Of a stretch of DNA of 64,000 nucleotides, positions 38,330 through 51,959 are shown piece by piece. The stretch spans positions 63,426,001 through 63,490,000 of the forward strand of contig NC_042998.1 of NCBI RefSeq assembly GCF_006345805.1, in the 5' to 3' direction. The position numbers and the translations under genes were made by a program. The notes below the pieces were generated by a model. That model did no database searches, was not told the DNA's origin, and saw nothing but the letters and a program-made list of their open reading frames with translations. The stretch comes from Octopus sinensis (taxonomy: Eukaryota). The number at the start of each line of letters is the position of its first letter. The first letter of the stretch is position 1.

Positions 38330-39350
38330 TTTATCTGTATGGGTTTCAGTCAGAAGGCCATGCTGTTGGACCGCTTTTATTGCATTCGAGAAGTTTTTCA
38401 GTATTGCTTCTGATGATGTAGCGAGTTGAATTTTGCCGCTCTTCCTAATGCCTCCTGCCGCGACGTAAATTCATCCGGAATTGCAGATAAAATGCTGTCT
38501 AGACGTTTTATGAAAACTTCCATGTGCATACCTTGCAGATACCTGATGTTCTGTAGTAGGACATTAAAAATTTGTGGTCACTTGAATCCCAAGCTAATAA
38601 AATATTGGGTTCGTATCCTCGGTGGAGAAGATGGGACCTTTGGTATTGTCCAGTGCCGCCAGTTGGGGGATTGTAGATTTCAATTCCGAAATTTGGAGCC
38701 AGACCCTCTATTATTTTCCACATGTGTAGCATTATATCTCTCACGTCTCCTCTCCAGGGAGTACAGTTCCAGTTCCCTTAATCTTTCCCAGTAGCCCGTG
38801 TGTTTTACTGAGTCTAACTTCAAGTGGCGTTGGATCGCTTCTAGTTCCGCAGTTAGTTTTACAATCAGTGGGATATACATGTGGGATCAGTAGTGCAGAT
38901 GACTGACGACAAAAGTTCTCCAAAGCTGAATCATTATGTCTCTGTTCCTGGTCCTGAAGTATGTAAGAATCCAACCTGCCACCCGCCTGCATAGTGTTAC
39001 CATCTGAGCAAAGCGCACATAGAAAGTTGTATCGTTCTCATGTGCAGTCCCAGATCATACTACGACTCTAACTCTGGAATTACATTGCCTGCTGGTCCAG
39101 TGTATTTCAGCTGTAGTTAGTTGTGGGTTGATAACGGAGTGCTTGCAATTTTGCGTCATTGAACTGCCTATTATTCTCCTCAGCCCATTTATATATTGCG
39201 TTCAGGTCATTTTGAAGTTTTAGGATCATAGGATACTTGACCGCCTGCGATACTTTTGTATCATCGGAGTAGCTAGTGACTGTGGCTGGTTCTATGGCAG
39301 CGGGCATGTCCGAGAGAGCAACCACATGCATAAAACCAAAATACCGTGTT
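38330..39350 (-). mobile_element. CR1-clade LINE 3' fragment
   Basis: YSDDTKVSQ..LQNDLNAIYKWAEENNRQFN; GYWERLRELELYSLERRRERY; WKIIEGLAPNFGI. Confidence 0.88.
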
Positions 39351-39479
39351 CTTGATGTTGAAATTCCAATGAAGGAGCCGTGAATCTAGGTTAGAAACCG
39401 GCTTTTTCTCTATTGCCAAGACTTGTCCCATAATTATATATTTTTAGCGCTCTTGCTGTTTCTGTTTGTCGCCGCATGA

Positions 39480-39635
39480 ACGCTTGACAACCGGTATTAG
39501 CGTGTTTACTTCCCCTTAACTAGCAAAAGAGACCGATAGCGTAACTACTAGTTGAATTCTCCTATCAAAACACTTCAAGGCGGTGCTCCAGCATGGCGCA
39601 GACATATGACTGAAACAAATAAAAAATAAAAGAAA
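39480..39635 (+). mobile_element. SINE family 1 tail
   Basis: AAGGCGGTGCTCCAGCATGGCGCAGACATATGACTGAAAC. Confidence 0.75.
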
Positions 39636-39711
39636 GCTGTCATGACTAAATCAAGAGTTTCTGAAAGTTATATACGTGGATGGCATTCAATATTACCGTC
39701 GGCTGTGAATG

Positions 39712-40110
39712 CAGGCGAGCTGGCAGAAACGTTAGCACGCTGGGAGAAATGCTTAGCGGTATTTCGTCCGACGCTGCGTTCTGAGTACAAATTCCGCCGA
39801 GGTCGACTTAGCTTTTCATCCTTTCGGGGTCGATAGATTAAGTACCAGTTACGCACTGGGGTCGATGTAATCGACTTAATACCTATGCCTGTCGTTGTTT
39901 GTCCCTTCTATGTTTAGCCCCTTGTGGGTAATAAAGAAATAGGTATTTCGTCAGTCTTTATGTTCTGAGCTCAAATTCTGCCGAAGCCGACTTTAGCTTT
40001 CATCCTTTCGAGGTCGATAGATTAAGTACTAGTTACGTACTGGAGTCGACTTTATTGACTTGCCTCTCTCCAAAAATTTCGGGCCTTGAGCCTAAAGTAG
40101 AAAAACTATT
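39712..40110 (+). mobile_element. Dimeric SINE family 2
   Basis: Same X+Y architecture as 24643-25032. Confidence 0.85.
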
Positions 40111-40734
40111 TCCGTCCGGGGTGTTGTCACTTACGAGAGAAAGAAGTCCCTGCATGATTCATTTAAACATAAAGAATTGTGCAGAATTTAACTGGTAACA
40201 ACGCTGTGAGACGTGCAGGATAGGTCTTAGACTCGATACACGCAAGTAACGTTTACTGAAATCCTATTCAAATATACCACATTGGTCAAAGGTTTCTTAT
40301 AAAACACAGGAAGATAAACACATTATCACCTAAAGAAAACTTTTAAGGCAACCAAAAGGAAACTCAATAGAGAAATGTCTCTAGACATATATTAAAAGGA
40401 CTTTGATACATTCACTGTAAACATATTGAGATCACAATTATTAATTTGACGGTAAAACGAGTCCTTATGCTGAAAGGAAGAACCGTATAATTCATCAATG
40501 ACATGAATATGGATATAATGGAAATATCTCTATAAGAAAACTGAACAAATTATTTGCTCAATATCCATGGAGAACAAGTTTCGAATAAATGTACGAAAAC
40601 AGTATGTATAATCGATTATTTAAACAGGAAAATATGAATGGATAGTATGGATGCCCAGAGAAATGTATATAAGGAGACGGCGAAAGAGGAAAAGAGAGAA
40701 AGAGAGATAGATATATAGAGAGAGAATGAGAGAA

Positions 40735-40773
40735 AATAGAGAGACATATAGATAGACAGATAGACAGACACAG

Positions 40774-40848
<75 letters not shown>

Positions 40849-40855
40849 GATAGAT

Positions 40856-40945
<90 letters not shown>
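40735..40945. repeat. (GATA)n followed by (TA)n
   Basis: Direct reading. Confidence 0.95.
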
Positions 40946-40946
<1 letters not shown>

Positions 40947-41772
40947 TATACATTTATAGAGAGAGAGAGACGCAGACAGAGTGAGATGTGAAACAATTAT
41001 TAAAAGTGAAGAGTGAGATTCCTTCATATGCAATGAGGCAAACACGGACAAAACAAATAGTTGCTAATTTCCTTTAGAAATTTTCCTGTTTCATATGTGT
41101 AGAATTTCTAAAGAATTTACTTACTTTAACAAGCATAACATTGTTAAGACTTCTCTATAATGTGTGCATTATTGTTTTTGAGTTGCTATTTCCAAAAAGT
41201 CTTAAAAAGCTTTATTTTTGTTAAGTACTCGATATTAAATAAAAACAAACGCAGCAAACATCTAGGAAGGTATTTTTTTCAAGACTTCAAACCATTTCTC
41301 TTTTACACTTGAAATAATGTTCTTATCCAGTCAAAAATAATGAAAATATAATATTCCTGTTTTTGTTATTACACATTTTTATGTTTAAGTGTCACAACAT
41401 TGATTTATTTTAACAATTAATGATTATTACTTCATTTGAGGTTAAAGATTAACACCGTTAATATGGAGTATTTCATATTCAAAGTTAAACTGCATGTGCA
41501 TTAGAAGAAGCTACCAATTCATATTGTGTAGAAATTCCCATCTTAATAAATAATAGATGATGATTTTCCAATCAATCATCTATACATAAAAACATGACAG
41601 CAATAACATCGATAAAACATGTTATTGCTTTTATCCTCATCCATTTTATTATTCATAATTTGAAAAAAGACGTTGAAAGTTTCTTTTCTTCAAAAAAACA
41701 ATTGGATCGTTTTGAAAAGCATGCATTCAAATGTATAAACTTGGAAAATGCGTGCGACAAAAACGACATTAC

Positions 41773-42532
41773 TGTCTCGAGTCCTGGGATTGACACGGCA
41801 AGCAATCTGGTTGGCATGGCGTATTAGTTAAGCAGAGATTACAACATACCTCCTCCCCAGTCGAATGAAATGCTAGTCCGTCGTAGAATTACTCAATTAC
41901 AGGTGTGCCGGATATTCCCGTAGAACTTATGCACCACTGCATCCAGGAATCGAAACTTCGATCACGCGATCGTGCGTTGAACACCCTTAATAATCCCGCC
42001 ATCCGCGTTCACCGTGCGAGAATATCACCAAAATTAATTACAAATAACTGTAATGCTGCTCTCTACAAGCTTCTTTTTATGTCTGCCACTATAAGAAATC
42101 TACATACAAGTTTTGCGTAGAACTACTTGCGGCTTCCTAACATGGACACGGCTTCACCAAACCGCAGGCCAGCCCTGCAAGCCAACTTCCTTACAGAGGA
42201 AGACGTAGTCGTACCCGAAAGAATGTTCTATTATAATCTGGTTCTCCGTCACCTGGGTTCACTTCGACTGGTCACATCGCTTCTTTACACCGACTGTCTT
42301 CCTTGCCAACTTTACACAGACTGTTTTCTTGCCAACTTCAAACTGATTATCTTTTTTCCTGTTTGTTTACGTTACCATCTTCATAAGCCGCGTACTTTAT
42401 GTAGCCCACTCGCATACGCATTCTTTTACCACTTGAACTCGTCCACCTCACAGCAAAGACGCACAAAAACGCAACGTGCAGCATGCTTCAAATTAGTCAC
42501 GTGATCGATAAGGTTATTTTTCTTTCGTAACA
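41773..42532. mobile_element. Possible solo LTR (~760 bp)
   Basis: TGTCTCGA...TCGTAACA termini (TG..CA, 6/8 inverted match); GC-richer than the flanks; short internal tandem repeat; TSD not convincing. Confidence 0.3.
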
Positions 42533-43644
42533 ATAGATACATGATTTTCGATGGGTAATAATTTATTTCGGTTTGAGTTGTCATCAATTTGTATATTGTT
42601 TATTATCCAATAATATCTCTACATAACATAGAATTGTGTGCGATGCAGTGAGTATTTCTAGTTAGACACTTCTCTGAAATAAGGTAATTCTTCTGCATAA
42701 CCATGTTCCTGAGTCGTTCGCTTTGAAAATATTAGCTATGAATGAGGACGTCGGAAATCTCAGCAGTTTAGTTATTTTAAGGGAAAGTAGATTATTTATT
42801 CATACAAAGTAAATTCGATGTTTCTAAACCCCTCACCACTACAAGGAGAGAAGTTCTCAATGAGGCACCCTTTTGTCTACGTCATTAAATTTAGATCTGA
42901 ATACATTTAATATCACACAGAACAGAATTGATACAGACTAAACTTTGCTATGGAATGGTAATCAACAATCATTTACACGTGGGCGATACTTGTCTACATG
43001 CGGCAGATGATAAGGACATGGAGATATTAGTACATACGTTGAAAGATTTCAGTATAGAAATTTGCATATTTGTTTAGAAACACATAATCCTCATGATAAT
43101 TTTGAAGAGAGGATTATGAAAAAGAACTAATATCATTTTAAAGAGATACATAAGCGAAAAAAGACTTAAAGAGAAATACAGATATACAGATACATTGTAA
43201 TTAATGAACAAGACAGAACACACCAGACACAAAGAAATAAAAATGTTAGGAAACAATATTATAGATACATTAGTGTAGTACTTAAAACAGCGCTAAACTG
43301 TAAAACATTAGGTAATGTGTAACAAAACTCTAGCTGTTTCAGTAATAAGTTATAGTTATAATATTCCCAGCTGGAAACAAGATGCATTAGTAAGGCTAGA
43401 CATGACCACAGGGGTAAATAATAACGGCATTTAGATTAAATCATGCAGACGTTGATAAAGATACATTACAGTTATTCAAATACGAGTGAACCAGATGCAT
43501 TCTACAATTAGAAAAAAGGAAAAAAAAATTTTTTAAGGAATATTTGAATATAAACGTAACACTATATATAAGACTATAAATATAAATATTAGCATTTCCT
43601 TCTTTATATGCGTGTGTCTATGTCTGTATGAATGTTGTATATCT

Positions 43645-43915
43645 GTAATCTTTTACTTGTTTCAGATATATGGACTGCGGCCATGCTGGAGCACCACCTT
43701 TAGTCGAGCAAATCAATCCAAGAACTTATTCGTTTTAAGCCTAGTTCTTATTCTATCCGTCACTTGTGCTGAACCGCTAAGTTACGGGGATGTAAATACA
43801 CCAGCATCGGTTGTCAAGTGATGTTGGAGGGGGGGGGGGGGGTCAAACAGAGACCCCCAAACATACACACACATGCATATGCATATATATACGATGGGAA
43901 TCTCTCAGTTTCTTA
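43645..43915 (-). mobile_element. SINE family 1, 3' two-thirds
   Basis: TCTTTTACTTGTTTCAG...GCGGCCATGCTGGAGCACCACC. Confidence 0.8.
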
Positions 43916-43979
43916 TATACACAGGCTGACATTTGACCAACTTTCAACCCCTTATTCGTAAAATCACCGAGCCTGGAAC

Positions 43980-44610
43980 TTAAAAAACAAAATAACAAAG
44001 AGAAGATAGGTGGTGTTGACAACGAACAGATGTACTAGCTTAACGCTCGGGAGTGAAAAAGTCTTTAACGTTTCGAGCCTATGCTCTTCCACAGAAATGA
44101 ACACAGAGAGAAACGAGCAGAGAAAATAAAGAATGTATAGTGGCTAGCGATCTATCATGGCGAATGCCGGACAGAGGGGGTCACACAGGAGAGCTAGGAA
44201 GAAGGGGCTATAATATAGTAGTGGCGATCCCAAAACAAAGGTGTGCGTGCGTGTGTAAGGAGAGCAATTATGTGCGTGTAGAAGGGGGCTGGTGACTTTG
44301 ACGTGTGCGTGTGTGTGTCGATGTGGGGCTGGGATGTGGTCAGTGCTAGTGTGTGCGTGGTGATGTGATGTGACGTGGTGTTGTGTGATATGGTGTAATT
44401 GTGTGTGGTGTGGTATGATGGTGTTGGGAGGTGGGAGAGGCAAGACTGCGGAAAGGAAGGGTGGCGTGTGGATTAGGCTGAGGGTGGGGTTAGAGGTGAG
44501 GTATGTGGGTAGGCAGAAGGTGGGTTAGACGTAGGGATAGGGATGGGTTTGGGTTGTGTGGGGGATAAGGTTACGATGGAGAGGTGACGATGAAGGGAGA
44601 AGGTGGGTAC
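43980..44610 (-). mobile_element. Penelope-type non-coding repeat with a hammerhead-like motif (44062-44098)
   Basis: ttt-CTGTGGA-a-gagc-atag-gctc-GAAAC-GTT-aaaga; G/T-skewed body. Confidence 0.6.
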
Positions 44611-45529
44611 ATACATACATACGTACATACATACTTACATATAAATCGAATATATTGACAGATGATAGTAAAAGGAATTAACGGCATTCTTTATTTATAA
44701 ATCACTACAATATTTTCAACAAATTCGTACATCTTCGGACACAGATGAGAAGTTGTGTAATCAAAATCTTCCATCCAAGCGTAAAACGCAATGCACGTGC
44801 AGGTTATGTATCGTTTGTCTGCTTGTATAAACTCTATGGACTTTCCGATGTATATCCAGCCAGCTGAATCACACTACACACTCACACACACACACGCGCA
44901 CACACACACACACACACATGCACACGCATATATATATATATATTGCGTTTCAACAGGTGACTTTCTAAGGAATTCCTTGCTTTTTATCTTTTCCATTTTC
45001 CCAGCTGTATTGAGAATTATATTTAAGAAGTCTGCTACATTTTAGCAGTTTTCATCTTATGAATCGCTTAGAAAATTCTCTTAGCACACATAATGTTCTT
45101 AAATTAATCTTGTTATATGATGATAGGGAAATTGTATGACAAAATTGTATAGAAGACTGTCGTGAGGGTTGTAGCCATATGCAAAATATGATATCGTTGA
45201 TTGTATTTGAGAATCACGGGTTGCGTAAGGGAGTGCTGTCCGTTTCTCTGGAATGCTTAATCACTTCATGTTAATTGGGGTCTAAATAATTCACTTCATG
45301 GATGAACAGGATGCTTGTTGTCGTTAAGAGGGAGGCTTACGAAACAAATTTATCATCTTCGTTTCCTATTTCGATAGAAGGCTAGCATGTCGAGTGTAAG
45401 TTTTAGATCAATATCGTCGGCCCCAGTACTCAACTGGTACTTATTTGATCGACCCTCGAAAGGATGAAAAACAAAGTCGACCGCGGTGAAATTTGAAATC
45501 AGAACGTAAACAGATGCTAAGCATTAGAC

Positions 45530-45805
45530 ACAAGAACGGATGGCTGACAATTTGCATGTTCACATCTCCCCCAAAATTTGGCCTCCTAATTCTCCAGATC
45601 TTAATCCATTTGACTACTATGTATGGGGCATCGTTGACAAAAAAATATCAGTGAACACCTCCATAGCACCAAAGATTCTTTGAAAGCCGCCATAGTTCGA
45701 ATAATGTCCGATACGAACAAAGACCACTTAATCTGAGCTTGTAACCGATTTTGACTCATGCGTAGAGATAGTTATTGATGCTTATGGGGATTTTATTGAG
45801 TAAAA
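45530..45805 (+). mobile_element. Tc1/mariner (DD37D/maT-like) transposase C-terminal remnant
   Basis: WPPNSPDLNPFDYYVWGIV...LKAAIVRIM...IDAYGDFIE*; a SINE family 2 fragment (minus strand) lies at ~45415-45525. Confidence 0.8.
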
Positions 45806-46360
45806 TGATTAAACCGACAATTTAGCTTTATGTTTAGTCCGGCGTGATTCTCAGCATTGACCAGATTTTTCATGTTGCCTAAAACAATTAGTGGAATCTT
45901 AATGGAAACTACCAAGTCACATTCGCCTGAGAGTAACGGCTAAACACCTTCCCTTGTAAGTATTTTTTTTTTTACAGATATAAATGTTTTGGAATATGCG
46001 TTCGTTGATCTGTTAAAACATCAGCACATTCAATAGTTTATTTATCGAAGGGGTTTTACTTTCGTAGATTTAAATAGCATTGTTAATATGCCATGATTTT
46101 ATTCCTTATCACGTGGGAACCATTTTACACAGGTTTGGTATTGATTTCTCTTGACTGTATCTTCCATCCTCCTCCCATTCTATTATATTCCAGGATATAT
46201 TGATTAAACACTGATTTAAGTAACTATTCTAACCAGCTATTACACCTTTTAACTGCTTTCTCTTTTATCTCAATTTCACAATAACTTATTTACTTGGTGT
46301 ACATCCCACCTCAGGTTTCTAATGGCAAGATGTCCAGGATATCTTCAATTCAAACCATAC

Positions 46361-46484
46361 CTCTGCAGCTTGCGCAATTCCCATTTCCAATATGTTAAAG
46401 GACGCAAGCCTGTAATTAATGCCGCGATGTCGATACCCATAGTCCAAGCAATGGCTCTACTGAGCAATTCAAGGATATAAACGA
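46361..46484 (-). CDS. Candidate host coding exon, product unidentified (hydrophobic, possibly a membrane protein)
   Basis: tttAG acceptor (alternative: ctcAG, giving 46361-46459); CAGAG|GTATGG donor; open frame VYILELLSRAIAWTMGIDIAALITGLRPLTYWKWELRKLQ in non-repetitive DNA. Confidence 0.4.
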
Positions 46485-46974
46485 CTAAACTTATATGCAA
46501 TTATTTCCTCAAAATGAGCTCGTTGCTGAATCTTCAAATGATATAAGCTCCATATCCATGCAGGGAAAACAATTAAACATGATTGCAGTGTAGTGGCGAA
46601 ATAATATTAAGCACATTAATACCTTTGCTAATACCGACTGTTTGCAGTCAATACAGGGCTCTCTAAAACCATTTACATGCTTTAAAATTGTATATCAGAT
46701 ATTTTCGGTATGAAAAATTCTATAAACAAAGAAATTAAGATATCTCAAGACAATGAAAAATAAGTCTAAACTTTAAGAAGAAATGAGGAAGGGCTAATTT
46801 TTTTAACGGAAATCGTTTGTTACTTTAATTGTTTCAATCAATGCACAATCACAATGCTGAAGCAACGTGATGGAAGCTTTTAATCTATCGCTTGTTATTT
46901 ACGTACTGTTCCTTATTCTCTCGTGTTCTTAATTAGCAAACGGCCAGAGCACAGAAACACACACAGATCAATAT

Positions 46975-47197
46975 CTATTTCTTTACTACCCACAAGGGGC
47001 TAAACACAGAGAGGACAAACAAGGACAGACAAACGGATTAAGTCGATTATAGCGACCCAGTGTGTAACTGGTACTTAATTTTTCGAACCCGAAAGGATGA
47101 AAGGCTAAGTCGACCTCGGCAGAATTTGAACTCTGAACGCAACGGCAGACGAATTACGGCTACACATTTCGCCCGGGGTGCTAACGTTTCTGCCAGC
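46975..47197 (-). mobile_element. SINE family 2 monomer with tail X
   Basis: Family homology; ends GGGTAGTAAAGAAATAGAT. Confidence 0.85.
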
Positions 47198-47289
47198 TCG
47201 CCGCCTTCACATATATCAATACCGGTTGCCTTTGCAATAAAGCACATATGCTTAAACACACACACACACACAAATACTCACACACACAC

Positions 47290-47331
<42 letters not shown>

Positions 47332-47488
47332 ACATATTCATGCTTACCTTAAAAGGGAAACTTTGTCGATCACTTTAAAGTTTTGCCTTGCTCGCCTATG
47401 TCATACTGTCTGCAAAGGTGATCAAATCGGATTCATTTTCAGCTTGTCATTGTAAAACTTTAATGCAAATATATAAATATATACTTAC

Positions 47489-47574
47489 CAAAAAAGTATT
47501 GAACAATCCTTCTGTCTAACATCAACTTATATATAACTTGATATAAAAATAAGCATAAATGCAAATACAAGTTT
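47489..47574 (-). CDS. Candidate host coding exon, phase-compatible with 46361-46484
   Basis: TTG|GTAAGT donor; gtacAG acceptor (position uncertain); frame NLYLHLCLFLYQVIYKLMLDRRIVQYFF; phase 1 joins the next exon as GTC. Confidence 0.3.
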
Positions 47575-48121
47575 CTGTACAATAAACTCTTGCAACGTAT
47601 TTGATCGCCGCTATTAAATACTTTTATCTGCTACATTTTTAATTAATAAAACTTTGATCTATTTGCCAGTGTTCAGTTTAAAAAAAAAAACGACGAATTG
47701 ACACAAAGTGAATGAGTTTTATAAAATTCCTTCAGAAATTTACTGCATTAAAAAAATATCTTTTGGCTGTGAGATTTCGAATCCGATTAAGGGGTAGCGT
47801 TGATTTGTAGTTTTTCCTGAGTCACTGAAATAAAGTATTATTTCATTACGGTTGATTGGTGAAATTTTTAAAGTGGTAGGGAAAATATACTCGTTACGGT
47901 ATTTTTTCGACTCTATATATTCTTAGTACGTAAAGATGTGGAGAAATTATCTGCATATAACCGTGGAGAAGGTGCCATCTAAACTATATCCCCATAAATG
48001 CAACGGAAAAACATATCCTACGAAAATAGCTCGATAGATATATAGTGCTGAGAGTGGATGTCACCAGAGATCTGTTGCTGGTCTGTTGGCGTCAATATAA
48101 ATTTTGATAACATGCATATCA

Positions 48122-48351
48122 TCTATATTTAAGAGATGAGGAATTATGTGCATTATTTCCATTATTTGCATTTGACAGATATGTGTTCTCCTCTTATTTG
48201 TTGTTAACACAACGTTTATGCTGATATAACCTCCAGCCTTCATCAGGTGTCTTGGGAAAATTTCGAACCCGGGTTCTCATTCCTAAGGCATTTTTCGATG
48301 TTGTTGTTGTTGTTATTATTATTATCATTATTATTATTATTCAGACAGTGA

Positions 48352-48404
<53 letters not shown>

Positions 48405-48438
48405 TCGAAAAATACCCTAGGAATAAGAACCCGGGTTC
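48122..48438. mobile_element. Second locus of the (AAT)n-hammerhead element, head-to-head inverted, tRNA head truncated
   Basis: Minus copy 48122-48344 with gacac-CTGATGA-a-ggctg..cagca-TAAAC-GTT-gtgtt; plus copy 48346-48438. Confidence 0.75.
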
Positions 48439-49971
48439 TTGTTATTGTATTAAGTTGCAAGATGACTCACATTAAAGCATGTCATTTCTTACAGTTGTAG
48501 CAATAACATTCTGTAAATAGTATTCAAATTCGACCTCGGCGGAATTTGAACTCAGAAAGTAAAGACAGGCGAAACACAGCTAAGCATTTCGCCCGGCGTG
48601 CTAACATTTCTGCATACATCGGTTTTTCCGCGGTGTTATTTTGCATTTATAATAAAATAAATATATACAGATTATAAAAAGAGTTAAAACAAATTATACA
48701 TTACAGCACTGTTTCTATTTTGCGGCTTTTCACCTATCACGAGAGGGTGGGGAGATGGTGGTTGAAACTTAACACCCGCGATAGTCGAGGGATTACTGTT
48801 CACATTTAAACAGAACCAAACAAAAGAAAAGAGATGATTTTTTTGAAGTACAATTGTCAGAAGAAAAGTAAAAGAACACTGAGGAATGGGAGATAGGCTA
48901 GTAAAAGAGAGAAAGGAAGAGGGGAGAAGAGAGATAATGATATTAGTCATTCGGGGAACATATTAGCTCGAGGTAAATTGGCGACGTACCACTTAACTGT
49001 AAAACTATATATTCTCCTATCCGCGTGCACGCGCGTATTTTCTCTCTGTGCCTGTAGTATCCTATAGGTGTGCACGTGCGCGTACGAGCCTGCATAATTT
49101 CATGTGTAGAGAAAACGATATAGGAAAGTCACGAGGTTAAGAATATACAAAGTTACTTAAAAATGGTGTATGTTATAAATATATAGAAGGGCTTCAAGCG
49201 GTGGTGGAGGAATAGTTAGGGAATAATTGGGGAGGGTGCTATTGTTTGAACCTTCAGAATAACCTGTGTTTACAATCAAGTATTAGGTTGCACCATTCAT
49301 TCAGCCAATCGTTGCATTGCATAATATAGAAGAATTCTGCGACGCAGAGACATAATTTGTTGTTATAACCGTTATTCGGTTTGGCACGGGTAACGATGGA
49401 CCATTTTAGAACTGTTTATTTCTCCATACGGGTTTTTCTATTTTGCTTTTTCACTCCATTTCCCGACTTCACCACTCATTTTAAATCATGTCAGCGAATT
49501 AACACGGGATCCCTTGACAAGAATGCTACCTTCATTTAATTAAGATCTCTTTGGCTTGATGAATAGCTAGTGGGATTCCTCTCGTTGAGTAATTATCACT
49601 TCCGATGTTCTTCTAGCTAGAAGACATATGTAGTTTGGATAAGGGTCGAAACGTCGCTGAAGGCTGTTGATCATCTTTTCAATGCAGGGAGAAATGGGTA
49701 AACTTAACAAGATTGTATATCTACTGCGGTGATAATCGTACACATAAAGACACTCACACAGACATACCAGGTATATATTTATATATACACAACATGTTTC
49801 TTTATGCTTCCGTCTGCCACATCGCCTCATAACGCTGTGAGCGGCCCGAGGGCCATATTACTTACTCAAAATGCGACGCAATGGAACTAAAAATGGAAGC
49901 ATGTTGTTGAAAAGCAAACTTCTTACCACGTGCAACGGATGCGCTTTTTAAATGGGTGTATAGGTAATTGA

Positions 49972-50002
<31 letters not shown>

Positions 50003-50035
50003 CTTGCGTGTGTATGCGTCTGTATGTGTATGTGA

Positions 50036-50420
50036 GTGAAGGCACAATGGCCTAGTGGTTAGGGCTGCAGACTCGCGGTCGTAGGATTGCGGTTTCGATT
50101 CTCAGACCGGGCGTTGTGAGATTTTATTGAGCGAAGACACCTAAAGCTCCACGATGCTCCGGCAGGGACTGGTGACAAGCCCTGCTGTACTCTTTCACTA
50201 CCACTTCCTCTCACTCTTTCATCCTGTTTCTGGTTTACCTGTGTTTCACAGGGCCAACCTTGACACACTCTGTTTCACGCTGAATCTCCCCCGAGTACTA
50301 CGTTAATGGTACACGTGCCTGTGGAATGTTCAGCCACTTGTGCATTAATTTCAAGAGCAGGCTGTTCTATTGATGGAATCAACTGGAACACTCGTCGTCG
50401 TAACCGACGGAGTGCCACGT
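50036..50420 (+). mobile_element. SINE family 3, tail type B (RTE-derived tail)
   Basis: A box TGGCCTAGTGG, B box GTTTCGATTC; tail collinear with the LINE 3' UTR at 60900-61052. Confidence 0.85.
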
Positions 50421-50427
50421 TACGATG

Positions 50428-50472
<45 letters not shown>

Positions 50473-51689
50473 TGTGTGTGTGTGCGTGTGTGTGCAGGCG
50501 TGTGTGCATACACAAACCTATGTTCCCGTGCCTCTCTGCAGACATTAACAACTGAAATATAAGAACTGCTTTTCCAATACAAGTATTTGTTACAATTTAA
50601 TTTTACTAATATAGTCTCGAACGGCGCTACATACGGCAATGTTCGATATGAATATATTGAGAATCCTTTGATGAATCACCTTGCAGCACCTAACAGGTGT
50701 CAAATATATAAATTGGGTTACGTTCTCACTGGTTTGCAACTCATAGAGATCCTTACGTATTAGTTGGAGTGAAGGTATAGATAAATGGATAGAAATAATT
50801 CCACTCATTCGTATGGCATTTCAGAAGCAAATTATATTAGACGTTAGTTTCCTTACAGCAGTGTAATATTCCATGTAGACATGTATATTTACATGCACAC
50901 ATTCTTATATTCAGTTATACACTCATACTTATGCATACAGACTAGTGTATATATATAAAAAAAGCATTTATATATACGCATATGGATGTCTTTGAATAAG
51001 AGTAAACATGGCGGAGAAAACACTATTGGAATATTGGAATAGAATAAAAAGGTAGAATAATATAAGGTGTCATGTTGAGGGTGAGGAGCTAGACAATGGA
51101 TTATTTCAAGCTAAATATAACCGGCAATCAAACCTCATTTTCACGATCAGTTACGTGAAACGTGGAGTACCACCTGCAATAAAACTCTAGGCATGCACAT
51201 GCATATATATGCACATACACACTCACATAAACACAAACATACACACATATATATGTATACTTATATATATATATATGTATATATATACGTATATAAGTAT
51301 ATATATATATATGTGTATATATGTATATATATATATATGTGTGTATATGTATATATGAATATATATTTAAATGATCAGAAAATGGAGAAAACTTTTGTTT
51401 ACTCTGTTGTTACCTGTACCCTATGAGCATAGTGTGCACGCCTAGGGATAGCACAGTTAACAGATACCCATAGTATATACTGATACTTTTATCCCTTAGT
51501 CGGTTTCTACAACTGCTAACCTCTGCTTACCTATATATATACATAGAGAGAGAGAGAGAGAGAGAGAGTGAGATGCATCCAGAGAAAGAGGAGGAAGAGA
51601 GAGAGAGACGCATATGTACACATCTCTGATTGAATATAAGTACGCACACACCCAGACTTTCACAGACGCATACAAACACGCAATCACAC

Positions 51690-51815
51690 ACAGGCGTGGC
51701 TGTGTGGTAAGAATTTTGCTTCCCAACCACATGGTTCGGTGTTCAGTCCCATCCATTGCGTGACACCAAAGCTTTGTGAGTGTATTTGGTAGAAGGGAAA
51801 CTGCAAGAATCCCTC
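51690..51815 (+). mobile_element. SINE family 1 head
   Basis: GGCGTGGCTGTGTGGTAAG...GTTCAGTCCC. Confidence 0.75.
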
Positions 51816-51869
<54 letters not shown>

Positions 51870-51959
51870 GGAGAAGTGACGGGTAAACTGTTCACATTTA
51901 ATATTGTTATTTTCATGTATGCGCATTGCTTGTTTCTGATTTTAGCGACTACACGGTAT

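Noticed and set aside
41849-43140. Strong minus-strand GTATGT donors at ~41843 and ~43032
   Set aside because: No compatible acceptor with an open frame.
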